Origin: Haplodiscus bocki
Lineage: Eukaryota
Length of the DNA stretch: 64,000 nt
Assembly: GCA_965655095.1 (NCBI GenBank)
Contig: OZ296649.1
Location: forward strand, 13,268,001-13,332,000
Reading direction: 5' to 3'
In this document: positions 42,620 through 52,448 of the stretch, piece by piece
Numbering within the stretch: the stretch's first letter is position 1
Layout: every line of letters starts with the position of its first letter
Made by a program: the position numbers and the translations under genes
The notes under the pieces: model-generated
What the model was told of the DNA's origin: nothing
What the model saw: only the letters and a program-made list of their open reading frames with translations
Database searches by the model: none

Positions 42620-43918
42620 ATCAAACATAAACATAAAACAACCTTCAACATCAAAAGTTTTTACAACATATAAACGCTTTTTCTTCCTTCATTACTCATT
42701 TTACGATTCCATCGCAATTTCAATTTAGAAACGAAATAAAGAAACCGCTGCGTGCGGTACTGTGTTGTTTCTTTCGACTGTTTGAAATTCAGGAGCCATT
42801 AACTTAAAAAGTGGATTTGATACGTTTTTGAGTTTAAACTCTAGTACTATGGTGTTTCTGACGTTTTTATTGATTCTAGAACTATGATTTTAAGTTTAAT
42901 TCTTAATTTTCTGTGGCTGTTTTCCTTTGGACTGCTACTGGGTTCTCTGTATACAAATAAACATCCATTTCTGTATTCCGAACAATTAGCTACTTTTTGG
43001 GAGGTTTTACTCAACACAATCACGATCTACAGAATCACACAAGACATGATTTCCGGCAAAATAAAAGGTTTGATTTCTTTGCTGTATTGTCAAATTTTCT
43101 ATGTATTTGTATATCTAATGTTTTCGAATGAGATAAAATACACATTCAAGAATGCAAGTTTTGGCGATTGTTATTTAACTCTTCATACAATAAATATCTG
43201 TAGCACTAGTCCGTTAATCTGATCTTTAGCCATATTCATTTTGATTAACTTTTTCGAAAGCTGCTTCACCATGAAGTATATTGCAATGATATATGTCAAA
43301 GTTTACTTCTATTGGATTTAGCTACGTCTCATGATGATCTATGTGTCCAAATTTGTGTTTTTATCGTGTCTTCTACCTTGTTTGTTCGTTCTACTAATGA
43401 TTGCAATACGTCCAATTCCATCTTTTTTCTATTATGTGAGTTCATAATTTTTCACACTGGCACTTCAAAAAAACTCTGCAATTGCACTTTCAAGAAAAAA
43501 ACCAACGTTGAAAACAACTTCAATTTTTTTCTTTTTCATGCTCTGTGAATTGATTTTCCAACCACGTCAAGAAGATGAACATCGGGTATTTTTTCTTCAA
43601 TTTGTCTTTCCAATGCAGATTGTTTTCTTCCGTCGATTTGATGTTCCTGAAATAGTTTTTTTAGTGGTTGGTTTCTGAAGTTCATCGAGAAAACGTTTAG
43701 TATGGTTTTTGCGGTTTTTTCTTCAGGCTCAACTGCCTTTTTAAAGAGTTCACAAACACTGTTTGGTTTTTGTTTTTAATCATTATTTGTATCTCTTCTA
43801 CTAAATTCGACAAAAAAAATAGAAAAATTGAAGTGTCTAAAAACTGGACTTTTTTCGGAATTGGTCACAAATAAAGGGCCAAGACTTTTTCAAAATGCCT
43901 GTTATAGTTAATTTCCAT
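42620..43918 (-). pseudogene. Decayed gene of unknown family that gave rise to the monomer; 5' end in the unique flank, body in the terminal monomer
   Basis: From ATG at 43918: MEINYNRHFEKVLALYL*PIPKKVQFLDTSIFLFFLSNLVEEIQIMIKNKNQTVFVNSLKRQ, a frameshift, then VEPEEKTAKTILNVFSMNFRNQPLKKLFQEHQIDGRKQSALERQIEEKIPDVHLLDVVGKSIHRA*KRKKLKLFSTLVFFLKVQLQSFFEVPV*KIMNSHNRKKMELDVLQSLVERTNKVEDTIKTQIWTH. The minus strand is A-rich with K/E/N-rich codons. Confidence 0.65.
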
Positions 43919-43970
43919 TCATATATAGGAAAACTTTGTGTTTGATTGATGGTCGGTTTTTTCATAAGCA

Positions 43971-44300
43971 ATGGCTCCCCCACGTAAACTGTTTATTGAT
44001 TTCAAGCAAAAGACATTGGAAAATTTTTAGGTTCTCAGTACACAGTCTGAGCGAAAGAGACTCTTCCAGCTGGTTTTTGTTTTTATAGTATGTATTGCAT
44101 GCGTTTATTTCAACGAATTTCAAAAAGAACTGTTTTGGATTTTTTTGCTTAAAAAATGAACTAAAAGAAAAACAAAAACATGTGGAAGAAAAAGTTTAGA
44201 AACTTCGATTTGAATCAGTGAAGCTGCCACTCCTAAAAATGCAAGTGAAGAAAAACGTTGATAGTTCAGAAAAATCCCAAAGTACTGATTATTAAAATTA
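43971..44300 (+). pseudogene. Decayed small ORF divergent from the monomer-source gene
   Basis: MAPPRKLFIDFKQKTLENF*VLSTQSERKRLFQLVF..., later NELKEKQKHVEEKV*KLRFESVKLPLLKMQVKKNVDSSEKSQSTDY; contains stops and frameshifts. Confidence 0.4.
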
Positions 44301-44314
44301 TTAACTGAAATTTG

Positions 44315-44620
44315 TCATTGCTGGTGCTCCAAGAAATGATAGTTTCTCTGTTCAAATATGAATATTTCTCTTTTTACTCCATCTAGTAGAAGTAAAACCT
44401 TTTCCCAATCGATAGTAGAACAAATTACATAAACAAAACCAAAGAAAACGTTAAAGGGAGGATTACTTAACGCAAGCAGAATTTCTCTTATGACTTTTCT
44501 CAAATTATCCCTCGAAAGTGGATGAAGTCTGTTACTAAAAGAAAATGTCTTATGCAGCTTACAATATAACTTGAAGAACTTTTATTTTTTTCCATTGGAT
44601 CCCAATTTTGTAAAATAAAA
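44315..44620 (-). pseudogene. Decayed ORF, unknown protein
   Basis: Protein-like ...SFSNRLHPLSRDNLRKVIREILLALSNPPFNVFFG...STIDWEKVLLLLDGVKRE...; extends the track ORF 44315..44503 upstream. Confidence 0.35.
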
Positions 44621-44767
44621 ACTTAAAAATTCTGAGCTGTTCAAAACAATGATCAATGGGAAAAGCCTAGATTGTACCTTAGCAAATGATTCAGATTTAG
44701 CTACTGAAGATGGAAATGAATCAAGAACAAAATGTGAAAACGGAGATTAAAAAGCATATATTGTGCA

Positions 44768-45073
44768 TCAGATCCTATTTCGCAAATGCCCAGAAAAAGA
44801 ATTGTAGAAAGGTTGAAAGAAATGAAGTACGGTCATCACCACAACGATGAAGGGTTCGACACGTGACATAGAAAATAAAGTGCAATAAAAGAAACTGAAA
44901 ACTTTTATGTTACTTTCATTTTGAATTGAAAACTTTTGCTTATGAAAAACCTCCAGGGATAAATGCTTTAACCAACAAAAACAAAATTTCTCCGGATGTA
45001 CAAATTGAGGTCGACAAGAGCACTGTGGAAAAAGTTTCACTTCACAATTAAATGAGATTTTGGGCGCACGCAT
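44768..45073 (-). CDS. Small Cys-containing hypothetical protein (101 aa), possibly a pseudogene
   Basis: ATG-initiated ORF MRAPKISFNCEVKLFPQCSCRPQFVHPEKFCFCWLKHL with two CxC pairs; no family recognised. Confidence 0.35.
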   Translation of the reverse strand: MRAPKISFNCEVKLFPQCSCRPQFVHPEKFCFCWLKHLSLEVFHKQKFSIQNESNIKVFSFFYCTLFSMSRVEPFIVVVMTVLHFFQPFYNSFSGHLRNRI

Positions 45074-46018
45074 GAAAACTTTTTTTCTGTAGTTCGGTGA
45101 GGGGAAAAACTAGAAAAATAACAACAAATGACAATGATCATAAAGTTTGTGATTTCGTTGACGGTTTTTTCTCGTAAAATTAACGTTTTGAAAACAGTTC
45201 GCGTCCAAGTATACTTCCTTTTGTTTTAGTACTCCACCAAGAATTATTTTCTTGTATCATCTACACCGATGCCTTATCTAAAACAAGCTTAAGAAAACCT
45301 ATTGACAAAACGTTTTAATTGGAAGATGATAAGGAAATGAAGTTGAGTTTAATGGAGAACACATAACACTTGCAGTGATTTAGTTTAAAAAGAACTCAAA
45401 GTAAGGTACAATTTTGTTTATTTGTTCTGAATGAGTTTTGAAAAATTGAAGGAAATTTCTTTTTTGGTGCTGGTAAACCTACTCACCGACAAATGGTGAA
45501 AAAACACAAACAACACTTGGCAAAAAAACTGGTTCGCCGATTGAGAAAGTCAAGTGTAAGTGTAGTGCATGCGATAAAAGCCGGATTTGAAGGTTCCATA
45601 TAAAACAATTGAAGTTGACGCAGTGGGAAATTGTTTCAAAGATTTTGAAAAATCTACAACACGACAGCAAAAAGTCTTGCTGTTGAAGTAGCTAATAATC
45701 AAAATAAAAATAAAAGTTGCTGCTGACTTACCAACTGCTGCTGCAACAAGAACCCTGAAACAAAAGCAACAACGGTTCCTTCTGCTATAAAATTATACCA
45801 TCAAGGGGAAGGGTTGTAACCTGGTAGAAGACAGTATCTAAGATTCATTACAATGTAAAAAAAGGAGTAGACGACTCAATCCAATACTTTTTGATTATCA
45901 TTGATCACAATCAAGAATCGTAAGTATCTTGAAAATTACAAAAATTGTAGAAGCTAGAGAGATATTTTTAAAACGTTTATCGCAAGTTAAATCGAGTAAA
46001 CATTTATTTTATTATCAT

Positions 46019-46572
46019 ATGAACAAAACTTTCAGCAGTCACAAAATCAGCAGGAAAAAAATCACGTGATTGAATAGCGAAAACGAATAAAACTGGATTT
46101 GAGAATTAATGGAACAGCATTTGAGAAAGAACACAAAAAATACTATACCAAAACGAATCAAAGGAGGAAACATTGAACTATCCTGTTTTTCTTTTTTTCT
46201 TAATATGAAGTGGACGCGGGAATTAATGAGACTGTTTCCGAGCTTATTAACTTTAAAACTTTGAGTGAGTTCAATTTCAAACATAATTTTTTTAACACAG
46301 TCGAGATAAATTGCAAAATTTCCATAAAGCTGCAAAAAAGGAACATTTTTTGTTTGCCAACCTTTGAATTAGACGATGCAGATCAAGCATACATTTTATC
46401 CAACTCAACTTTTGCATTTGATGTCAAAGACGGAATCTATTATCTGGGTTTCATAGGTAAGTTAGTGTCGATTTGCATTATGGTGTTTAAACATCGGATA
46501 GACGATCAACGAGTAAGACGTTCCAAAAAAGCAAAAAAGAAGGTGATCCATCGAATCACAGGAACTAATTGA
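46019..46572 (+). pseudogene. Decayed ORF, unknown protein
   Basis: 120-aa open segment (DAGINETVSELINFKTL...FDVKDGIYYLGFIGK) preceded by frameshifted protein-like sequence. Confidence 0.4.
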
Positions 46573-47154
46573 GTACCGTTATTTTCGGTAAAGCTCACTC
46601 AAGGAAAAACAAAGCTTTAAAATGAGTAGACAGTTTTTTGTTTGATCTGATCCTGCTAAATTAGTGGTTAGATTGCATTGTTTTTATCAAATAAAAGAGG
46701 CGCGAATGACTCAAGCTTTCGAAGCGCCGGAACGACTGCGACAGTTCATAATTTTCCGGAACACATTTTTGTCACAAAAAAGCGTCGCGTGCAGTTCTTT
46801 CGCTGCCTCATTTCGATAAAGGCGACACAGTGGTAAAGTCTCTCAGTGAATTTGCCGCAATTTTTAAAACTATGTGTTTGATCTTGCTTGCTTAATATAC
46901 AAAGTATTTTTGTTCAGCATCTAGTCGATTATTCTTTAGATTTTTTTTCTACTCTGCTTCTTTGCTTATATCTCTAACTTCCTATTATTTATTCTGAAAT
47001 CCTCTTTTGCCTTTGAAAAAACTTCGTACTGTCTGAGCGATTTGTTACTAATATTTAAAAGTAAATATTATGAATGGATAATTTCAACTGTTTTTTTATT
47101 TTATTTCTTTGTATATAAAGGTTGATCTTTAGAGGTACGGACAAAACTATATTT

Positions 47155-47354
47155 NNNNNNNNNNNNNNNNNNNNNNNNNNNNNNNNNNNNNNNNNNNNNN
47201 NNNNNNNNNNNNNNNNNNNNNNNNNNNNNNNNNNNNNNNNNNNNNNNNNNNNNNNNNNNNNNNNNNNNNNNNNNNNNNNNNNNNNNNNNNNNNNNNNNNN
47301 NNNNNNNNNNNNNNNNNNNNNNNNNNNNNNNNNNNNNNNNNNNNNNNNNNNNNN
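47155..47354. other. Assembly gap, exactly 200 N
   Basis: Run of N of round fixed length, typical of a scaffolding gap of unknown true size. Confidence 0.99.
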
Positions 47355-47836
47355 ACGCGTTATAAAAATTTTAATTCAAAATCTGACGCGTTGTAAAATT
47401 TTTCATTCAAAATCTGACGCGTTATAAAAATTTTAATTCAAAATCTGACGCGTTGTAAAATTTTTCATTCAAAATCTGAAGCGTTGTATCAAATTTAATT
47501 CACAATCTGACGCGTTATAAAAATATTAATTCAAAATCTGACGCGTTGTAAACTTTTTAATTCAAAATCTGACGCGTTGTAAAATTTTTAATTCAAAATC
47601 TGACGCGTTATAAAATTTTTATTTCAAAATCTGACGCGTTGTAAAATTTTTATTTCAAAGTCTGACGGGTTGTGGATTTCTTGATTGACAATCTGACACG
47701 TTTTAAAACTTTTCCTCCGAGATCTGATTTTTTTCTTGTTTTTCAGGTTCTGATTGAATGATGATATCTTCTGTCAACGTTATTACTAACTTATTTTAAA
47801 GAGGAGAATCAAAAAAACAATGGGTGTTATAGTTAG
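47355..47836 (-). mobile_element. Inverted copy (cut by the gap) of the 31-bp-array element
   Basis: ~31-bp repeat ACGCGTTRTAAAATTTTTAATTCAAAATCTG at 47355-47700, then a unique segment ending TGGGTGTTATAGTTAG. It is the reverse complement of 49987 onward, with about 5 mismatches in the first ~200 bp. Confidence 0.85.
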
Positions 47837-49661
47837 ACTGACAATGCTTAATCGAAAATCGAATGTCAATACATGTGATGCTGAGAACAGAGCTTAGGTG
47901 GTCCCATAAATTACCTAACCCTAATATCATCCTCAAAAATTGCTAAATTAAAGCATACTTTGATGCGTTAGTGTAGGACTTTCTCAGCTTCAAGGCTACT
48001 CCGCCGGTTTTTACCGTCTGCACGGTCTGGCTTTACACGCTGTCACAATGCATTGGCGGACAAAATCAGCTCGGATCGCACATCATAAAATATTGACGGT
48101 CTTATGCACTCGATTTTTGCCGAAAGCTTAAACTCATCTCAAGTTAAGGACTCGGGCACCCAACTCCTTACCATACATTAATAAAGTGCGGAAATAAATC
48201 TTGTCTTAATACATTCGTGGGGAGTGTACGCTATCGTATTACTTTGCTGAGGTACACGCTGCCTTATTACTTTGTTGAGCTATACCCAGCATTAATATAT
48301 TGTTGTGGTACACTTTACCTTAGTACATAGCTGGACTATACCCAGTACTAACACATTGCTGAGGTAAATCCAATTTTATTACATTGCTGAGTAATTCCCA
48401 ATTTTAATGCATTGATGAGCTGTACCAAATCTTAACACATTGTTGAGGTACACCATGTCTTTTTACATTGATGAGTTGTTACTAATCTTCTAACAATGCT
48501 GAGGTATATCTCGTTCTATTACCTTGCTGAGCTATTCCCAATCTTGAAACAATGTTGAGGTACAGCCTGTCTTACTACATTGCTGATCTTTTCCCAATCT
48601 TAAAACATCACTGACGTTTACCTTGTCTTATTTCATTGCTCAGATGTTCCCAAACTTGAAACATTGCTGACGCATACCTTGTCATTTTACATTGCTGAAA
48701 TATTCCCAATCTTAAAACAATCTTGAGGTACACACTGTCTTATCTCAGCAATGCAATAAGGAGAGATATGACTCAGCAGCGTTATAAGATTAGGGACAGC
48801 TCAGCATTGTAATATGGCAAGGTATACGTCAGCAATGTTTCAAGAATGGGAATAGCTCAGCAATGAAATAAGACAAGGTAAACGTCAGGGATATTTTAAG
48901 ATTGGGAAAAACTCAGCAATGTAGTAAGGCAGGGTGTACCTCAACATTGTTTCAAGATTGGGAATAGCTCAGCATTGTAATAGAACCAGATATACCTCAG
49001 AATTGTTAGAAGATTACGAACAGCTCAGCAATGTAAAAAGACATGGTGTACCTCAACAATGTGTTAAGATTTGGTACAGCTCATCAATGCAATAAAATTG
49101 GGATTTACTAAGCAATGTAATAAGATTGGAATTACCTCAGCAATGTGTTAGTACTGGGTATAGTCCAGCAATGTATTAAGGTAAAGTATACCACAACAGT
49201 GTATTAATGCTGGGAATAGCTCAACAAAGTAATAAGGCAGCATGTACCTCAGCAAAGTAATACGATAGCGTACACTCCCCACGAATGTATTAAGACAAGG
49301 TTTACTTCCGCACTGTATTAATATATGGTAAGGATTTGGGTGCCCGAGTCCTTAACATGAGATGAGTTTAAGCTTTCGGCAACAACCGAGTGCAAAAGAC
49401 CGTCAATATTTTATGATGTGCGATCCGAGCTGATTTTGTCCGCCAATGCATTGTGATAGCGTGTAAAGCCAGAACGTGCAGACGGTAAAATCCGGCGGAG
49501 TAGCCTTGAAGCTGAGAAGGTCCTACAGTAACGCATCAAAGTATGCCCTAATTTGGCATTTTTTGAAGATGCGATTAGGGTTCGGTATATTATGGACCAC
49601 CCAAGCTATGTTCTGAGCATCACATGTCTTGAAATTCGAGTTTCGACTAAGCATTGTCAGT
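47837..49661. repeat. 1.8-kb imperfect palindrome (foldback hairpin), axis ~48750, inner parts made of 28-bp minisatellite
   Basis: ACTGACAATGCTTA (47837) pairs with TAAGCATTGTCAGT (ends 49661); pairing is traceable to 48718/48781. Units such as ACATTGCTGAGCTATTCCCAATCTTGAA and ACATTGTTGAGGTACACCATGTCTTTTT alternate with a 56-bp period over ~48240-48745 and its mirror. Confidence 0.95.
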
Positions 49662-49986
49662 TTTGATAAGTTTCAAGTTTTTCGTAGGTAACGTCCCGCA
49701 ACCAAGATCGGGTAGATGCTGTGTAGGTGTCAGCTTCTTTCCATCGCTCTTCCTCTTGTTGCTCACACAAAAAAAATTGGAGAAAATGGATAGAATTCAT
49801 ACTATAGAATGTTTTCTTTTGTTTTCACAAAGGTGTATTTTGAAAAACACTGCTGATCTGCTACATTTTATGCTCCACAGAGTTCTGTCCCTAACTTCTG
49901 TGAAAATAGCGTGTTGTCGAAATGGTATTCCTCACACATTGAGAGATGAACTAACGTGTGGCAGCTTTTAACTGTCCATCTGGCGA

Positions 49987-51135
49987 CTAACTATAACACC
50001 CATTGTTTTTCTGATTCTCCTCTTTAAAATAAGTTGGTAATAACGTTGACAGAAGATATCATCATTCAATCAGAACCTGAAAAACAAGAAAAAAATCAGA
50101 TCTCGGAGGAAAAGTTTTAAAACGTGTCAGATTGTCAATCAAGAATTCCACGACCCGTCAGATTTTGAAATAAAAATTTTACAACGCGTCAGATTTTGAA
50201 ATAAAAATTTTACAACGCGTCAGATTTTGAAATAAAAATTTTATAACGCGTCAGATTTTGAATTAAAAGGTTTACAACGCGTCAGATTTTGAATTAAAAT
50301 TTTTATAACGCGTCAGATTTTGAATTAAAAATTTGACAACGCGTCAGATTTTGATTTAAAAATTTTACAACGCGTCAGATTTTGAATTAAAAATTTTACA
50401 ACGCGTCAGATTTTGAATTAATATTTTTCTAACGCGTCAGATTTTGAATTAAAAATTTCATAACGCGTCAGATTTGTAATTAAAAATTTTATGACGCGTC
50501 AGATTTTGAATTAAAAATTTTACAACGCGTCAGATTTTGATTTGAAAAATTTAACAACGCGTCAAATTTTGAATTATAAAGTTTATAACGCGTCAGATTT
50601 TGAATTAAAAATTTTACAACGCGTCAGATTTTGATTTGAACTTTTTACAACGCGTCCAATTTTGAATTATAAAGTTTATAACGCGTCAGATTTTGAATTA
50701 AAAAAATTTCAACGCGTCAGATTTTCAAATAAAATATTTACAACGCGTCAGATTTCGAAGGAAAATATTTTTTTACAAAACGTGATTTTGAAGAAAAAAT
50801 TATTCTTAAAAAGCACGATTTTGAAGAAAAAAATATTTTTGAAAGTACGATTTCGAAGAAAAAAATACTTTTAAAATGCATGATTTTGAATGAAAAAGTT
50901 TGTAAAAAGCATGATTTTCAATTAATATTTTTTCGTCTTGTCAGAATTTGAATTAAAATTTTTTCATCTGGTCAGATTTTGAATTGGAACTTCCACAACG
51001 CGTCAACTTTTAAATCAACTTTTCAAACACGCTTCAGACTTTGACTTGAATATTTTACAGCGCGTCAGATTTTGATTGTACTTCTTTTGCAGTTTGGCAA
51101 ATTTTCATGCGTTCATCGTAACAGGTCACGTTTCC
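49987..51135 (+). mobile_element. Non-autonomous element with internal 31-bp tandem array (ACGCGT-containing) and ~32-bp variant array; right boundary approximate
   Basis: Unique head CTAACTATAACACCCATTG..., ~20 copies of ACGCGTCAGATTTTGAATTAAAAATTTTACA (50140-50757), CACGATTTTGAAGAAAAAA-type units (50758-50930), degenerate 31-mers to ~51075. A second copy lies at 47355-47836. Confidence 0.7.
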
Positions 51136-51695
51136 GTAATGTTTTAAGGTATGGTGTGGGTTTGGTTAGTCAAGTTATTTCGTTAGGATAGGCTTTGTGT
51201 ACCCCAACTGTGATCAACGTAATAAGACGCATTAAGACAGCCAATCCGATCCGAGTTTGTTCATTGATATACGTAGATAAGGAATGCTACTTAAGATTTA
51301 AGAAGGTTCTACTAGAGACTATGAGGTTTGCAACGTACAGAGAAAAGTAGTTTGATTTCAATGACTCATTTTTGATGACGTCATGTCCTAGGATCAGGCA
51401 GAGAACCGACCTGATCAAGTAATCAAGTATTGAAGTAGGTAATAGAGAGTGGTGTCTGAGGAGGGTGTGCACCTATGTGTTACACTAGGGTGAAATTCTG
51501 CAAAGTACTAAGATAGGTTGCGGCCTTGACTACTTAAAGGAGTGTTAACTTACAAAGAAAATGTCCATGAACTTTTAATGCTCACTCAAAGTCATCAAAG
51601 AAATGGAACAAAAAACGTAAATTTTCGAAAAAAAAAACAACAAATATTGCACCAGCAAACAATAGAAATCAAACAAGTGAAACAAATAGCAACAC

Positions 51696-52448
51696 TTAGA
51701 TACAATTACAGTTCATCACAAACGAAGGAGTTCTATCCATTGCTCCGGGCTTCCAGAGATCACTCAACTTTTCGACCTTAGCAACCGTTTCGTTCATTCG
51801 TCCATCCGGTAAGTTATTTCCTTGAAAGAATGCAAAGCCGACGCGCAATCCCTTCCTTTTACAGTCCATCGTTCGCAATGAAGAGAACACCGAATATGAG
51901 TCCGTTCTAGGTTGTTGATTTGTTAGTTGAGGGTACTGATTGAACATAGTGTATGTATCATTAGTGTGGTTGAGTGACATAAGAGCTGCTGGACCCATGT
52001 CCCATAAAGTGTGCCGGTTCAGAAAGATATTAGAGCTATGCTGTTCATCAACAGAACTGGTATGTTGATCGTTGCTGGGAAAGTATTGGGGTTTTTCACT
52101 GGATCTGGAAATGTAACTCCGTTCTCAGTTGATCTGTCTGATTTTTGCAGGAGTTTCACTGAAGAACATAATACCACAATCAAAATCTACATAACTCACC
52201 ATGTTCTCTTCGTCAATGAATTGTACAACGTCATCAAAAGAAACAATCTTTTCGACATTCGGACCAAAATTCGATATAGGATCATCTTCCGGTCGCAAAA
52301 TAGAACGAATTGCAAGCTTTGTAGGACATTAAGGAGAGAGTACGGATTTACTGTACTTGTACATCGTGTCCTGCAAAGGGAAAAGTTATTCAATTTCGAC
52401 AAAGATTGAGCACTGAAATCTGATCGTAGGCAGGTATTGTTGAAACAT
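51696..52448 (-). pseudogene. ~250-codon decayed ORF with 3 in-frame stops and no frameshift; probably mobile-element derived
   Basis: MFQQYLPTIRFQCSIFVEIE*LFPLQDTMYKYSKSVLSP*CPTKLAIRSILRPEDDPISNFGPNVEKIVSFDDVVQFIDEENMVSYVDFDCGIMFFSETPAKIRQIN*ERSY...NRHTLWDMGPAALMSL..., in frame with track ORF 51696..51998. Confidence 0.6.

Larger units (their letters stand above)
1..43752. repeat. Tandem macrosatellite, ~2.31-kb monomer, ~19 copies visible, continues off the left edge
   Basis: Landmark (GAAA)CCGCTGCRTGCGGTAC recurs at ~179, 2501, 4827, 5718, 8033, 10342, 12654, 14969, 17281, 19592, 21904, 24220, 26537, 28853, 31171, 33486, 35802, 38115, 40430, 42745 (spacing 2309-2326, except one of 891). 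The ORF track repeats with the same period. Similarity stops after GAGTTCA at 43752. Confidence 0.98.

Noticed and set aside
281-43548. Dozens of 60-116 aa track ORFs in the array as functional genes (e.g. hydrophobic MILTLIFELLWLFFFGLLLG...)
   Set aside because: Presence and length vary between monomers through homopolymer indels. The F/L-rich plus-strand ORFs are antisense shadows of an A-rich decayed minus strand.
1-43752. rDNA, 5S or histone gene tandem array
   Set aside because: No rRNA, snRNA or histone sequence recognised in the monomer.
1-43918. Alternative genetic code explaining the in-frame stops
   Set aside because: TGA, TAA and TAG all occur, vary between copies and coexist with frameshifts, which fits decay.
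47122-47427. 101-aa ORF
   Set aside because: Artefact of translating through the N gap.
49988-49997. TAACTATAAC as an I-CeuI/LSU rRNA site; also an 11-bp match to this element end near 43900
   Set aside because: The match is only 10-11 bp in AT-rich DNA and the flanks do not continue.
50662-50874. 70-aa K/F-rich ORF
   Set aside because: Translation of the 31/32-bp tandem repeat.
43753-51135. Functional link between the satellite/relic region and the nested hairpin
   Set aside because: They are separated by a scaffold gap of unknown size and share no visible sequence.
51136-51500. LTR downstream of the 51696-52448 pseudogene
   Set aside because: A TGTAACAC start exists on the minus strand, but there is no polypurine tract, partner LTR or TSD.
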